Positions 30,648 to 41,744 of a DNA stretch of 64,000 nucleotides are shown in pieces. The stretch covers positions 124,001 to 188,000 of IMG/VR virus record IMGVR_UViG_3300044633_003049; one strand, written 5' to 3'. How positions within the stretch are numbered: position 1 is the stretch's first letter; the number at the start of each line of letters is the position of its first letter. The notes beneath the pieces are model-generated. The model ran no database searches. It was not told where the DNA came from and worked only from the letters and a program-made list of their open reading frames with translations. The translations under genes were made by a program, and so were the position numbers.

Positions 30648-33600
30648 TATTCAGCTGACGGGAATGCTCCCTTTGGACCAAATAGGTCAATAAATTTATC
30701 CATACCTGTTTTACCCGCATTTAATCCAAAGTAAAATTGGAATGGGGTTGAAAGTATTTGTTTATTTCCACTATAATAATCTTGTGTTCTTTTAATTGTA
30801 AATGTCGTGTTAGTCCAATTTGTAGATTGCCAAGTGCCAGCATCACCATATCTTGTATATAATGTTCCTGATGTTGGGTTTGTTTCCGAATTAGCAAATA
30901 AATAAGTAAATCCAGGATATTGTGTGTCATAACTTGTATGGTCGTCAACATCTGAAATCACATCAAATTCTATAGTTGTTCCTGATATTTCACTATTTCC
31001 CGTTATAGTTAAACCGCTAAATGTATATGTCATCGGTAATAAAAGATATTGGTCTGATGGGTCATTAGGTGATTCCGTATATCTATATCCATATGTCATA
31101 CCTTGTAAAGGTTGTGATTGTACTCCACTATAATCCCATGATTGATTATTTTTATTTGTTCCATAATCACCAAATCCATTTCCTTTTTTATCCCATAAAT
31201 AAAATGGGACATTTTGTGACGATTCAGTTAATCTACCAGGCTCATTTAAACAAGATCTAATTCTTTGTCCATCTTCTGATAATTCCAATGTAAGAGGTAA
31301 TGGTCCGTAAATTGATGTTCCTCCTTTAAAAACTTGTGGATATTCTTCCGGATCTAAAACATTAAATTGGTATCCGAGATATTGTGGATTTTGTAAATCA
31401 AATTCTTCAATTCCAGTTTCATTATTTATAGATAATAGTTGTAAAATATCACCATCTAAAACATTTGATATTCCTACTCCACTTGAAAATCCTTTATTAT
31501 CAAAAAACATATTTAAATTGCCGTTAGCATTTGCAACATCCATTCTATAGTTAATTGCTAACCCTAATAATTCACCTAAATCTTGATATGATGTCGCACC
31601 GATTGAACGTGATACTGAACAGTTTGGGTCTAATTTTGGATCAATACAAATTTCTTTAATAAATTCATCTCTTGGACCTAAATCAACAAATGTTGTTGGT
31701 TTTTTTATATTATCTACACTAAACGATAACCCATTTGATGTTGGGGCCGAACAATAATATAGTCTTTTTTGTCCGACCACTAGACGTGCAATGTCTCTAC
31801 AATAATTTGCGGTATTTTGATTATTACGATTAATTGCCGTTATTACTCTTTTAGCTTTGAATTGAGTGAAATACAATGAGCCGGATAACCAATTATCGAT
31901 AAATGCGTAATTCACAATTCCACCACAAAACATCTTTCCAACTCTTTTTCTTCTATAATATTCGTTTATTATTTTAATCAATCTAGACAATGTGTGAGTA
32001 CCTGGTACTATATAAAAAATACCATTCATAAATTCGCTTCTATGGCTGGCCGGAATTGGTAGTCTACTAAAAACTTCACTTTCAATATCTCTTATATTTT
32101 TATTTGAACTATAATTAGGAAATGGTATATGGGTCATAGAATCACCACCCGCCAATAATGTCGCAACTACTTTATCACCGGTGGATGGACTTGGTTTATA
32201 CGTTCTTCCTCCAATACCATTATCAACATAAACACCCGTTATTATCGCATCATTATATACTGTGTCGTACAATGCACATCCCTCTTCCGCAACAATACTT
32301 ACATCTTGTGCACATTCAGTACATTCTGGAAAATTTATTAATGATAATTTTGTTGTGTTATCTATTTGCATATTACTTACAAATCTTCTTAAATCTCTAC
32401 CCGCACCTTTAGTTACACCAATATCAATTAATAATTCCGCAAATGGACCTAAAATATCTTTTACTAAAATATTTAACGTTGTTAGAATAATAAGTTTTAA
32501 TACATAATCTAATAATAAAAGAAAATCTGCAATTAATAATGTAAATGTATAATTCTTAAATCCAAAATTTGATGGTGGTGTTAGTTTATCTCCACAATCC
32601 TCTTCCTCTGATGGATGTAATTCATTTATGTTTGCAAAATTTCCACCAACTTGGTAATTACTATGAAACGATGAAACAGTATAAACTTTATTATAATTAA
32701 ATCTATAAAAATAATCTCTTGGATAATATTCTCCCATTTCACTATATAAAATACCGTAATTAGAATTAGTGCTAACGGCATTTGTTGGATATCCACTCCA
32801 TTGTGTACCGAAATAATATGACGCATCTATCTCACTTTCAGATGAATTAAATTCTCTAATATTTGGAATTAGGTAGTCAGCGTTAGCTCTTGCTCTACTT
32901 AAATCATTATCGTTCATACCGATTCTAAAACGATAACACGCGGAAGTTGGTACACCTTTATTTGGATCATTAGTAATTTCATTTTCACCAAACTCATTTG
33001 TATAAACATAATCCATATTCATTTCAATTGGAAACACAAAACCTCCGTCGTCGGGTATATCTTCTTCTAAATTAACCTCTTCTAATATTGGTGCCGTAAT
33101 TGATGTTCCGGATATTATTATGGTCTCTTTTTTTGGTGTAAATCTAATTGCTTCAATCTTACCAGATTTGGCAACCAAATCACATTTTCTACCCATTTTC
33201 TTTTTGGGTCTACAGTTTTTATTAACTGCACTTTTACCGTTATCACCGTATATTCCACCAATAATAAATGCTGTTGGTGTTATATTAATTCCTTTCTCTG
33301 ATAAATCAAAATCAGTTCTTGTTAAACCAATTTCACAAAAATCATCATTACCCCAAAAAGGATAAACTTCAATTGTTTTATCAAATGAAACAATTTGTGG
33401 TAACGTACTTAAATCTTCAGATGATTTAAATGTGTATTTGTTTTTAAATTTATCCACTCCATCACCTTGTCTCATGAAATCGTAAGGTCTTAAAGAGAAA
33501 CAACCAATATCGGACAAATCAACATCAACGTGAATTGTTTGTTGTCCTAATGGAACTCCCCAAATCATAAAATCACCAGAACTATTTGTTTTAACTGTAT

Positions 33601-34027
33601 ACGAATAATAAGTTTCATACACCTCTAAAACTTCTTCTCTTGTTAAAATATCTTCTTGGTCAAAGAATGTACCGGTGGGTTCATGTCCGCCATGTTGTTT
33701 TCTTGATGGTAACAAATTGTATCTATAATTGTTACTATCTTTGCCCCCGATTTCAGTATAGGGATATAATGCAGATATAACTGGGTCATTTGAATGAATT
33801 TCTAATTGTGGAATAAATAACGATACTCTGGCATTTGGTACGCCCAAACCATTATTAACTGAAATACGACCACACACAACCCCATAATCCGAACACATAG
33901 ATGAATAAACATCCTTTTGAGTGAATCTTAACGATAGAACTTCCAAAAAATCAAAATCTTGTTTTAATTCAAGATTGACTATTTGGTCCTTCCCAATGTT
34001 TGTGGATATTCTATGCTTCTGTATCAT
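30647..34027 (-). CDS. Large Cys-rich baseplate-associated protein with a prealbumin-like N-terminal domain and a hydrophobic segment
   Basis: GRISVNNGLGVPNARVS...TNSSGDFMIWGVPLG, and TLLIADFLLLLDYVLKLIILTTLNILV. Confidence 0.55.
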   Translation of the reverse strand: MIQKHRISTNIGKDQIVNLELKQDFDFLEVLSLRFTQKDVYSSMCSDYGVVCGRISVNNGLGVPNARVSLFIPQLEIHSNDPVISALYPYTEIGGKDSNNYRYNLLPSRKQHGGHEPTGTFFDQEDILTREEVLEVYETYYSYTVKTNSSGDFMIWGVPLGQQTIHVDVDLSDIGCFSLRPYDFMRQGDGVDKFKNKYTFKSSEDLSTLPQIVSFDKTIEVYPFWGNDDFCEIGLTRTDFDLSEKGINITPTAFIIGGIYGDNGKSAVNKNCRPKKKMGRKCDLVAKSGKIEAIRFTPKKETIIISGTSITAPILEEVNLEEDIPDDGGFVFPIEMNMDYVYTNEFGENEITNDPNKGVPTSACYRFRIGMNDNDLSRARANADYLIPNIREFNSSESEIDASYYFGTQWSGYPTNAVSTNSNYGILYSEMGEYYPRDYFYRFNYNKVYTVSSFHSNYQVGGNFANINELHPSEEEDCGDKLTPPSNFGFKNYTFTLLIADFLLLLDYVLKLIILTTLNILVKDILGPFAELLIDIGVTKGAGRDLRRFVSNMQIDNTTKLSLINFPECTECAQDVSIVAEEGCALYDTVYNDAIITGVYVDNGIGGRTYKPSPSTGDKVVATLLAGGDSMTHIPFPNYSSNKNIRDIESEVFSRLPIPASHRSEFMNGIFYIVPGTHTLSRLIKIINEYYRRKRVGKMFCGGIVNYAFIDNWLSGSLYFTQFKAKRVITAINRNNQNTANYCRDIARLVVGQKRLYYCSAPTSNGLSFSVDNIKKPTTFVDLGPRDEFIKEICIDPKLDPNCSVSRSIGATSYQDLGELLGLAINYRMDVANANGNLNMFFDNKGFSSGVGISNVLDGDILQLLSINNETGIEEFDLQNPQYLGYQFNVLDPEEYPQVFKGGTSIYGPLPLTLELSEDGQRIRSCLNEPGRLTESSQNVPFYLWDKKGNGFGDYGTNKNNQSWDYSGVQSQPLQGMTYGYRYTESPNDPSDQYLLLPMTYTFSGLTITGNSEISGTTIEFDVISDVDDHTSYDTQYPGFTYLFANSETNPTSGTLYTRYGDAGTWQSTNWTNTTFTIKRTQDYYSGNKQILSTPFQFYFGLNAGKTGMDKFIDLFGPKGAFPSAE

Positions 34028-34081
34028 TCTTTTAATAAATAGAAAAAAGGAGATTTTCTACTATTATAAACAAAAAACATT

Positions 34082-35914
34082 TTAATATGTAGTCGTTCCT
34101 AATGTTTTGGTTCTAACTCTAATATCAGTATTAGGGAACCTTATTTGGAATATTTGATTAGACTTCATAAAAATGGTCATATCTGACTGTAATATTTCCT
34201 TAGTTAATGTGTCTTTGTATGCCATTGCGGTTTCTGATGAAGAATATAACCCACCAATCTTATTATACGCCCTGATATCAATTACATTCACTACTCCAGG
34301 TATTTGACCAATATGTCTAATTAAATCTCCAATGAATAATGGGTCACCCATTTTTCTTTTAGAAATGTCAAAGAAATCTGTTGTATCGTTAATTGCTGTT
34401 TTAACGACATCTGTTGGGTTTTCATTTTTGTCGATGACAATATCCATTTCCAATGATAAGTCAATAACTTCCCCACTTGCAATGTCAATATAATCATTTA
34501 TCATTCTATATTCAGAAAGATATTCTATAATATTACTTTTTAATGTATTTGAAACTGTGTCAGATAAATTACCATTATCGTCATAGGATAAAATTTTAAT
34601 TTTTACCTTATTGTCTTCTTCAACGACGTTCACTTTTGCTGGTGCTCCAAATGTTGCTGGCATCACCTCAATTATTGATTTATAGTCATTTAAAGTAACC
34701 GCTCTATTTTGTGCAGCAAAATTATAAGAAATCATGTTTCTCAATTCTTCAATCGTTGGTTGATCTGCCCCACCGACAGCTGGAGTTACATTTGTAACCC
34801 TCATAGATTGTGTCACTTGTGTGTTAATGGTAGATTGAGGTCCGTTGATATCTAATTCCACATTATCAATACTCGTGATAACATTCACACCTAAATTGGA
34901 ATCTTTTCCTCCACCAACTCTGTATTTTATGAATAAGGTTGTACTTGATTTTGGTATTGCCCCCAATGACATATTATTAAGATAGGTTGAAAGATTAACT
35001 TTCATTGTACCATTCATATAACTATCTAAATTGTCTAATGGATCAACATTACCCGAACCAAATGTAACTGAAAAATATCCTTCTGGTGTATATTCAGTTA
35101 TAAATTTATTTGTAACAATTTTATTAGTTCCAGCCTTAAAATTATTTTTATCTGATACTGCGGTCGGGTCCGGTACAAAAACTTTATCCTGTACCAAACT
35201 TTTAACTTCATACCATTTGTTTGTTAAATCACTAAATTCATTTGAAGTAGGATTAGTACCAAAGTTAGTACCATCTTTATGTATAATACTACTAACACCT
35301 AACACATCTTGTTCGGGTAAATACAATTTTAAAAATGGCTTTTGGTCTAATGATGTGATTACTCTCCTATATATTCTTGTAACCCCATTAACTACCGCTT
35401 CTCTTTTTGTAATTGTATATGACACCAATGAATTATTTGCATTGAAATTTGGTATTTTTAATCTATTTGGTTCACCCTTACTATTAAATGGGTCTGAAAA
35501 ATCTACATCCTCTACGGTTTCAAAAATTTGTCCTCCTCCTGATACTTGTGTTCCTGATCTCATAATTCCCAAATATCTATCATCTTCTTTATCACCTCTA
35601 ACTGGTACATTTATTGAGAAATCACATAACGCAACTGAAGGTCTTTTGCATGGTATTTTCATACCATAAGTTTTTGCAATATGAAATAATGATTGTCTTT
35701 GTTGAGCAAAATCTAACATTGTTTCTTGCCAAACTCTATCTATATGGAAGTGTAAGTTATCTGCTACCGCAGCATTTAAATCCAATAATACTGAAAATAT
35801 TGATGCGTCGTTGGTATTTTTAACCAAGTCAGGATAATATTGTGTTGTTAGATTTACTAACTCTTCTCTTAAACCTGCAAAATCTCTTGTTGCGTATGAT
35901 ATTTTTTTACTCAT
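34082..35914 (-). CDS. Baseplate wedge protein (T4 gp6/baseplate J family)
   Basis: YATRDFAGLR, YRVGGG, GGAD...AQNRAVTLNDY. Directly follows the gp25-like gene. Confidence 0.9.
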   Translation of the reverse strand: MSKKISYATRDFAGLREELVNLTTQYYPDLVKNTNDASIFSVLLDLNAAVADNLHFHIDRVWQETMLDFAQQRQSLFHIAKTYGMKIPCKRPSVALCDFSINVPVRGDKEDDRYLGIMRSGTQVSGGGQIFETVEDVDFSDPFNSKGEPNRLKIPNFNANNSLVSYTITKREAVVNGVTRIYRRVITSLDQKPFLKLYLPEQDVLGVSSIIHKDGTNFGTNPTSNEFSDLTNKWYEVKSLVQDKVFVPDPTAVSDKNNFKAGTNKIVTNKFITEYTPEGYFSVTFGSGNVDPLDNLDSYMNGTMKVNLSTYLNNMSLGAIPKSSTTLFIKYRVGGGKDSNLGVNVITSIDNVELDINGPQSTINTQVTQSMRVTNVTPAVGGADQPTIEELRNMISYNFAAQNRAVTLNDYKSIIEVMPATFGAPAKVNVVEEDNKVKIKILSYDDNGNLSDTVSNTLKSNIIEYLSEYRMINDYIDIASGEVIDLSLEMDIVIDKNENPTDVVKTAINDTTDFFDISKRKMGDPLFIGDLIRHIGQIPGVVNVIDIRAYNKIGGLYSSSETAMAYKDTLTKEILQSDMTIFMKSNQIFQIRFPNTDIRVRTKTLGTTTY

Positions 35915-35915
35915 C

Positions 35916-36368
35916 TTAAATGTTTAGTATTATAAAATCCGAAGACGTAAAAGCTCCGTTATTTACTGTATATTCAATTTTAACTACAGCCGTATGTGGT
36001 TTTTCAGAATCGCTTGAAACTCTAAAAAGTCTATTATCTTCATTTTCTTGTAGTGAATTAATTTGGTCTGGATCATCTTCCGCTGATACAACTACTATTG
36101 AGGTTAAATCCAAATTAGGAATATATTTTTTTACAGAATCTCGAATTTCACTTTCAATTAAACCGAATGTAACCGCATCGTTTTGGTCAAAGATGTATTG
36201 ATATAATCTAGTACCAAAATCAGGTAAAAAATATCTACTACCCTTCTTTGTCAATAGGAGGTGTATTAAATCCGCTCTAATCTCTCTTTCGGGAGTACCA
36301 GTCATCTTTAAAAACTTTCCTTCTAAACTATCCCTAAATGGGAAATCTATTCCGTAGGTTGCTGCCAT
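35916..36368 (-). CDS. Baseplate gp25/GPW-like protein (start moved to ATG 36368)
   Basis: GIDFPF and LLLTKKGSRYFLPDFGTRL. The track's start at 36374 is a TTG abutting the TATTTAT motif. Confidence 0.9.
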   Translation of the reverse strand: MAATYGIDFPFRDSLEGKFLKMTGTPEREIRADLIHLLLTKKGSRYFLPDFGTRLYQYIFDQNDAVTFGLIESEIRDSVKKYIPNLDLTSIVVVSAEDDPDQINSLQENEDNRLFRVSSDSEKPHTAVVKIEYTVNNGAFTSSDFIILNI

Positions 36369-36398
36369 ATTCAATAAATATAAACAATACGAAAATGG

Positions 36399-36563
36399 TT
36401 ATGTATCTTCTTTTATTTTTGTATTCCCTTTTTGATGTGGAGGTAAGTAAGGACATCCTGAACATCCATTACCACAACAGTACCCTCTCTTTAATAAAAA
36501 AAGAGAAGTCAGAACCATAAGTCCTGACTTCCCATCTATGTAATAATCTACCCCTTCTACCAT
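36399..36563 (-). CDS. 54-aa Cys-rich protein, DUF5522-like (not in the ORF track)
   Basis: MVEGVDYYIDGKSGLMVLTSLFLLKRGYCCGNGCSGCPYLPPHQKGNTKIKEDT. ATG overlaps the nrdJ stop (TAATG). Confidence 0.85.
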   Translation of the reverse strand: MVEGVDYYIDGKSGLMVLTSLFLLKRGYCCGNGCSGCPYLPPHQKGNTKIKEDT

Positions 36564-38824
36564 TAGATACTTGTAATTTCACAACTTCCACCAGAACATG
36601 CTTGAGCCGCAAAGTCACTAATATCTTTATATTGAGGTCTGTCTAAAATTTCACCAAAATTAACTTCTTTAAATTGACGAGTGATGGTTTCCCACTTATA
36701 AAATAAATGGACGTCTTTTAAACAATAAACCATTTTCTTCATATCACCTTTAAAGTAATTCTTTGCAAATTTCTTCGCTCTTGATAACCAATATTCTTTT
36801 AATAAAACTTGTTCTCTTGTTCCTGTTAAAGTTATACTTCTATCCAATAAAGTATCACAAGCTAACCATAAGTTTTGATTAAAGTAATGTAAACCATCAA
36901 TGATTAAACCTGACGCTAAAATTGAACCTTTACCATATTGTTCAATAATATCTTCTAAATTCAATACTGAAGTGAATGGTGCTTGGTTAAAATCTTTATC
37001 TCCGTAATCAGACATAAAACTTACAGCAGTAAAGAAATCTCTTTCTTCCCAAATGTAATCAACAATCGCATCTTTGTCATCAATAATGACGGTACAAGAT
37101 GTATTATGATTAACTCCTTTGTAAGCACATAATTCATGATTAGTTCCGGCATTTACCCAATGTTGTTGAACTAATTTAATTAATTCAAGATGTTTAATTC
37201 CTTTCATGTCCTTTTTGAATAAACCAACTTTTGGGTTTTCAACAGGAACAAAAACAACGTAATCACTTTTAGTTGATGACCATACACTCTCTTCCAATAA
37301 GAATCCCATATTGTCAACTAACCATTTTGCGGTGTTACTTTCTTTATTCAATTGCATAATACGGAAATACTTTTCAGAATGTTCAGGGTGAATACCTGAA
37401 GCGGTTCCTAATACAACTGATGCGTTACCTGAAGGTTTAACACAAGTAGTTCTTGCAGCTTGGTTAATACCAATAACCGCAGCAACTTCTTTATTTGTGT
37501 CTTTTACCATTTGAGCACCTTCTTCTAATAATTCTGCATTGAATAATTTTGGATTGTTCATCCAACCTGTAATACTAACACCTAATAAAGCCTCCCTTTC
37601 AAAAATCTTTCTACTTGTTTCACCTAAGTAAGGGAAACTTGTATATCCTGCTTGTAGTGTACCTAAGATAGACGCATCTTTACAAGCCTTTAAAAATTTA
37701 TCTTTTGTAGTTGCCTTCTCCGCATTAATTTCAGTTAAGTTACAACCTTGAATACCAAATTTTTCTTTATTGTTTTTAACATATTCTTCAACATCATCAT
37801 ATTTGATTTTAGAAAAATCTACAGTATCTAATACAGGTATTTTTAAAATTTCAAAACATGGGTTGAACATATCAAACCAACTATTTGCAAATACGAATCC
37901 AATATCGTTAGCACCATCATTAAGTTGTACCAAGTAATTAAATTGTTCTTTTTGAACTTCACTTCTTAATAACAAAACTGAGTTATTACTACGACCTCTT
38001 TGTGGATTTTCATTTCTCCAATTCCCTGTTTTAGCGTGAATCATTTCAGTATCGTTAGGGTCAACAATCATATTCAACGCTGAACGTCTAACACCACCTG
38101 ATAATACAGCATCTGCCGAATGACAAATAATATCAAACGCTAAAATTGGTCTGATTTTATTTCCTTCATTAGTTAACCACTTTTCAATTAACGCTTCTAT
38201 CTTTTCTAAAGATTGTTTTAATCCTTCGGGGCCAGGTGCTTTAAAACCACCACTAATGAATGCTCCTTTTTCTCTGATTTGTGAATAATCAAATTTTACT
38301 TCATATCCAGCAAATTCAGGGAAAGGTTGTTCATCAACAAAATATGATGACATAATAACTCCCAATGAGTTTGCCCATCCTTCAATACTATCTTCAATTA
38401 CATATGTTTTAGTACCTAAAGTTCTTTTTTGAATTTTACTTAAATTATTAACAAATGGAATTGATAGTCCTCCACCGAAACCACAACCAGATAATGCAAG
38501 ATAAAATATCTCTTGAAATACTCTATTACGAGCAATGTGTCCTGATGTACAGTTAAACATTCTCGTGTTGTGTTTCATAATTTGTTCGTGTCTGTATTGT
38601 AAATTTCTTTGTGAAGCCAATACCGCCTGATCTTTCATACTTTCTAACGCCGACTCTAAATACGGTTCCACCGTTTTTTTATAGTTCACATATTTTTTTC
38701 TGTGTCCATCTATGATATTTTCACATGCGTCTTCCCATGTTTCATACCTTCCTTTATCTTCCAACCATTTGAAATAGTCCGAGTGTAACTTCAAGTCACT
38801 CAGAAATTTTTTACCTTTCTGCAT
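36563..38824 (-). CDS. nrdJ: Class II (adenosylcobalamin-dependent) ribonucleotide reductase
   Basis: FNC, GGVRRSA, NPCFEI, CNLTE, TTCVKPSG and C-terminal CSGGSC. No C-terminal YY pair and no adjacent nrdB. Confidence 0.88.
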   Translation of the reverse strand: MQKGKKFLSDLKLHSDYFKWLEDKGRYETWEDACENIIDGHRKKYVNYKKTVEPYLESALESMKDQAVLASQRNLQYRHEQIMKHNTRMFNCTSGHIARNRVFQEIFYLALSGCGFGGGLSIPFVNNLSKIQKRTLGTKTYVIEDSIEGWANSLGVIMSSYFVDEQPFPEFAGYEVKFDYSQIREKGAFISGGFKAPGPEGLKQSLEKIEALIEKWLTNEGNKIRPILAFDIICHSADAVLSGGVRRSALNMIVDPNDTEMIHAKTGNWRNENPQRGRSNNSVLLLRSEVQKEQFNYLVQLNDGANDIGFVFANSWFDMFNPCFEILKIPVLDTVDFSKIKYDDVEEYVKNNKEKFGIQGCNLTEINAEKATTKDKFLKACKDASILGTLQAGYTSFPYLGETSRKIFEREALLGVSITGWMNNPKLFNAELLEEGAQMVKDTNKEVAAVIGINQAARTTCVKPSGNASVVLGTASGIHPEHSEKYFRIMQLNKESNTAKWLVDNMGFLLEESVWSSTKSDYVVFVPVENPKVGLFKKDMKGIKHLELIKLVQQHWVNAGTNHELCAYKGVNHNTSCTVIIDDKDAIVDYIWEERDFFTAVSFMSDYGDKDFNQAPFTSVLNLEDIIEQYGKGSILASGLIIDGLHYFNQNLWLACDTLLDRSITLTGTREQVLLKEYWLSRAKKFAKNYFKGDMKKMVYCLKDVHLFYKWETITRQFKEVNFGEILDRPQYKDISDFAAQACSGGSCEITSI

Positions 38825-38843
38825 TTCTAAACTTTGTTTTTTT

Positions 38844-40229
38844 TTATTTACTTATTATTTGTGTCTTCTTCTCTTGTGCCTTTTTGTAAACTTCGGCAAC
38901 TCTATTAGCTCTTTTTTGTACCTCGTCTTGTTCATGACCTAATAAGGTATTTTGTGATTCCGTATCAATAATTAAAAATTCATTATTAAATTTACAATTT
39001 TGAAATACCACACCATCTTTACCAATACGTGATTTCAATAATGTAAGTGTTGCCAAATTATGTTCCTTTTGTTCTAATGTTTTACCAATAGATAATATAA
39101 CGTGAGCAATTTGAGCCTTCTTAATTGAACCTCCCATTTGGTCACCAGTCACAACTTCGCTTGAAATAGATTCACGGTTACCTTGTGTTGCCGTCCATAT
39201 TGCCATTTCAAATTCACCCGTCATAGATTCCAAACTTCTCATAACCGAACCCTCTCCTTTCCATTCTTCACCATTTGTTGATTTGTCAGATGAAATACAA
39301 TCAACATAATCTAACACTAATAAATCCACTTTAATTCCATCTGAATTCATCTTTCTGATTTTATTTTTAATTTCAGAAACAGTTACATTATCACTCGCCA
39401 ATTTCAATAATTTCAAACTTCCTTTTGATCTTGTTTGTGCTTCCTCAACTTTTTCTTTAACCATATCTTTAAATTCTGGTTGTTGGTCTGGAGCAATTTC
39501 TGACCAAATAGTATAATGTTTTCTTTTAATATTACCTGGGTTGTCTTCAAAAAATATTTGAACTACGTTATAACCTAAGTTATAAGCCGTGTTTGCAAAC
39601 TTCGTAAGTAAGGTAGTTTTACCAGTACCAGTAGGTGCTAATACAACTCCTAATTCTCCTATCCCTAACCCACCCTTAAGTAAGTTGTCAATTCCCACAA
39701 TGCCTGTCGGTAATGGGTGTCTAAAGTCCTGTTCTAACGCTGCATCAATATCGTGGAATACATCAGTTGTTTCATCATTAGAAATACCAACTTGTAATGC
39801 TTTTTGGATAATTTCTTCAATCTTATTATACGCTTCAAATTCACCACTTTCAATAATACTCTGTACGTTTTTTAACTCTCTTTTCAAGTTTTGTTGTTTA
39901 CAGAAATTAAGTGCAGTGTCTTTTACATATTCAATTTGTGATTCATTATTTTTAATTGCCTCTAATGTATCTACGTGAACTTTGGAAGAGTCTTTGTTAC
40001 CACCTTCAGCCATAATTTTCTGTGCCAATGTATTGTAATCAGGAATTTTATTATATGCCTTATATAATTCCTTTGTATTTTCCATAATAAATTTAAATGA
40101 ACTGTTGTCAAAAAATTTACTTTCTAATACATCAATAATGGTCTCACCATATTTCTTATCTTCAATAATCGCTTTTATTAGGGATTGTTGAAACGAAAAT
40201 CCCAAATACCCAAAATTCCTTTCTTCCAT
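38844..40229 (-). CDS. dnaB: DnaB/gp41-like replicative helicase
   Basis: PTGIVGID, Walker A APTGTGKT, VLDYVD, TATQGNR, LLKSRIG. Confidence 0.93.
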   Translation of the reverse strand: MEERNFGYLGFSFQQSLIKAIIEDKKYGETIIDVLESKFFDNSSFKFIMENTKELYKAYNKIPDYNTLAQKIMAEGGNKDSSKVHVDTLEAIKNNESQIEYVKDTALNFCKQQNLKRELKNVQSIIESGEFEAYNKIEEIIQKALQVGISNDETTDVFHDIDAALEQDFRHPLPTGIVGIDNLLKGGLGIGELGVVLAPTGTGKTTLLTKFANTAYNLGYNVVQIFFEDNPGNIKRKHYTIWSEIAPDQQPEFKDMVKEKVEEAQTRSKGSLKLLKLASDNVTVSEIKNKIRKMNSDGIKVDLLVLDYVDCISSDKSTNGEEWKGEGSVMRSLESMTGEFEMAIWTATQGNRESISSEVVTGDQMGGSIKKAQIAHVILSIGKTLEQKEHNLATLTLLKSRIGKDGVVFQNCKFNNEFLIIDTESQNTLLGHEQDEVQKRANRVAEVYKKAQEKKTQIISK

Positions 40230-40254
40230 GTTTTGTTTTTATATATGTTTTAAA

Positions 40255-40713
40255 TTATAGCTCGTGTTGTAGATATTTCGTCTCTAATTCTTCGGTTGAT
40301 AAAATGTCAGTTAAATCTGACAAAATTGTTTTCAATCTCGGACGAATGTCTACCGTATATCTTACTTTCGGATGGTAATAATATGCGGGGAATATCCTTT
40401 GAATAAATACATCGTCCCCCAACTTAATTTCCATTAAAAAATGTTCTTTTTCTTTGGTTTCATCACTTTCCACAGAGTCCATATTAAGGATATAGTTTTG
40501 ATTCTCACATAGATAGTTGGAACTTTTTATTTTCAAATCGTGTGAAATATCTTCACAAATATTTTTTATATAGTAGTGAAGGTCCATTGAACGTCTCGCT
40601 TGGTCAACGTGGTCTCTCACGTTAAAAAATCTTTGACACACAATGTGTCCTTCTAAAGACAAAAGAAATTCAAATTTCGTAATGTTGTCTTGGTTTTGGT
40701 AATCTCTACTCAT
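40255..40713 (-). CDS. Hypothetical protein in the replication block
   Basis: 152 aa, overlaps the exonuclease stop. No motif recognised. Confidence 0.7.
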   Translation of the reverse strand: MSRDYQNQDNITKFEFLLSLEGHIVCQRFFNVRDHVDQARRSMDLHYYIKNICEDISHDLKIKSSNYLCENQNYILNMDSVESDETKEKEHFLMEIKLGDDVFIQRIFPAYYYHPKVRYTVDIRPRLKTILSDLTDILSTEELETKYLQHEL

Positions 40714-41734
40714 TGGTTTTTACTTTAATTGTTTTTGTTTTTATTTTATTTTTTTCTTTTCTTGTTAAACGTAAGAATGGATTTAAAAACTTTGTCCATG
40801 CGTCATCTGATTTGGGTAACATATTGAACAGTCCATCGTCCATCATCATTTTCATTGCGTTTTTATAAGATCTTCCTTCTTGGTCTAATGACTCGTTTAT
40901 TAGAAGGTCAATGTTTTCTTTCGCCTCATCACTTAAAAAAGGTTCATCCAAACTCACGATACGATTGTTTACGTCAAAGAACTCTTCCCCAAATACTCCG
41001 TGTTTAGTAACACCTGTTAGTAAATTTGTAATTAATTTGTTGTGTTTGTCTTGTTCAAAAAGAAGTTCACTCCTTTCTTTAACTTGTTGAACTGAGATTG
41101 ATTCGGTTCTAAGTTCAGGGAAAAAAGATAGAAATCTTTTAACACCCATTCCTTTAATTCCTGCAATGTTGTCTGACGAATCACCACATATCATCTTAAC
41201 CAACCTAACGTTTTCAATTAAGATGTCTTCTTTGTCATAAACTATCGTATCATTTTGTTTGTATAACTTTCCGTGAGACGGATTGTAAATTTGTGTGTTT
41301 TCTGAAACCAATTGGGTGAGGTCTCCGTCTGAAGAATAAATTATTTTATTTTCATCTGGTGAGTTTTGTGTGTAATAAGCAATGTTATCATCTGTCTCAC
41401 AAAATTCATATTCACCCTGTCTTACATATAGTTCTTCAAGATATTGTTTAACCCTATCTCTTTGACTTAAATAAGATTGTAATTCTTCTTCCGACCTTAA
41501 TCTTGAACGTCGGTTTTCCTTGTAATGAATGTATATTTTCTTTCGGTTTTGTGAACCTTCGTGTCCATCCCAAAATACTACAATCTTATCTAAATGGTAG
41601 TACTCAAACGCTCTCCTAAGAGTATTAAGGAAATGATATATTCCCCCAACATGTTGTCCTTTATGAAAAGCATTTTTGACACCGTAAAAACCAATTGTGA
41701 GTAGATTGTCTCCATCAACAAGTAAAACCGACAT
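40706..41734 (-). CDS. 5'-3' exonuclease/flap endonuclease (T4 RNase H/PolI N-terminal type)
   Basis: LVDGDN, VFWDG, YKENR, ETDD, SSDGDLTQL, GDSSDNIAGIKGMG. Confidence 0.93.
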   Translation of the reverse strand: MSVLLVDGDNLLTIGFYGVKNAFHKGQHVGGIYHFLNTLRRAFEYYHLDKIVVFWDGHEGSQNRKKIYIHYKENRRSRLRSEEELQSYLSQRDRVKQYLEELYVRQGEYEFCETDDNIAYYTQNSPDENKIIYSSDGDLTQLVSENTQIYNPSHGKLYKQNDTIVYDKEDILIENVRLVKMICGDSSDNIAGIKGMGVKRFLSFFPELRTESISVQQVKERSELLFEQDKHNKLITNLLTGVTKHGVFGEEFFDVNNRIVSLDEPFLSDEAKENIDLLINESLDQEGRSYKNAMKMMMDDGLFNMLPKSDDAWTKFLNPFLRLTRKEKNKIKTKTIKVKTNE

Positions 41735-41744
41735 TTAAAATAAT

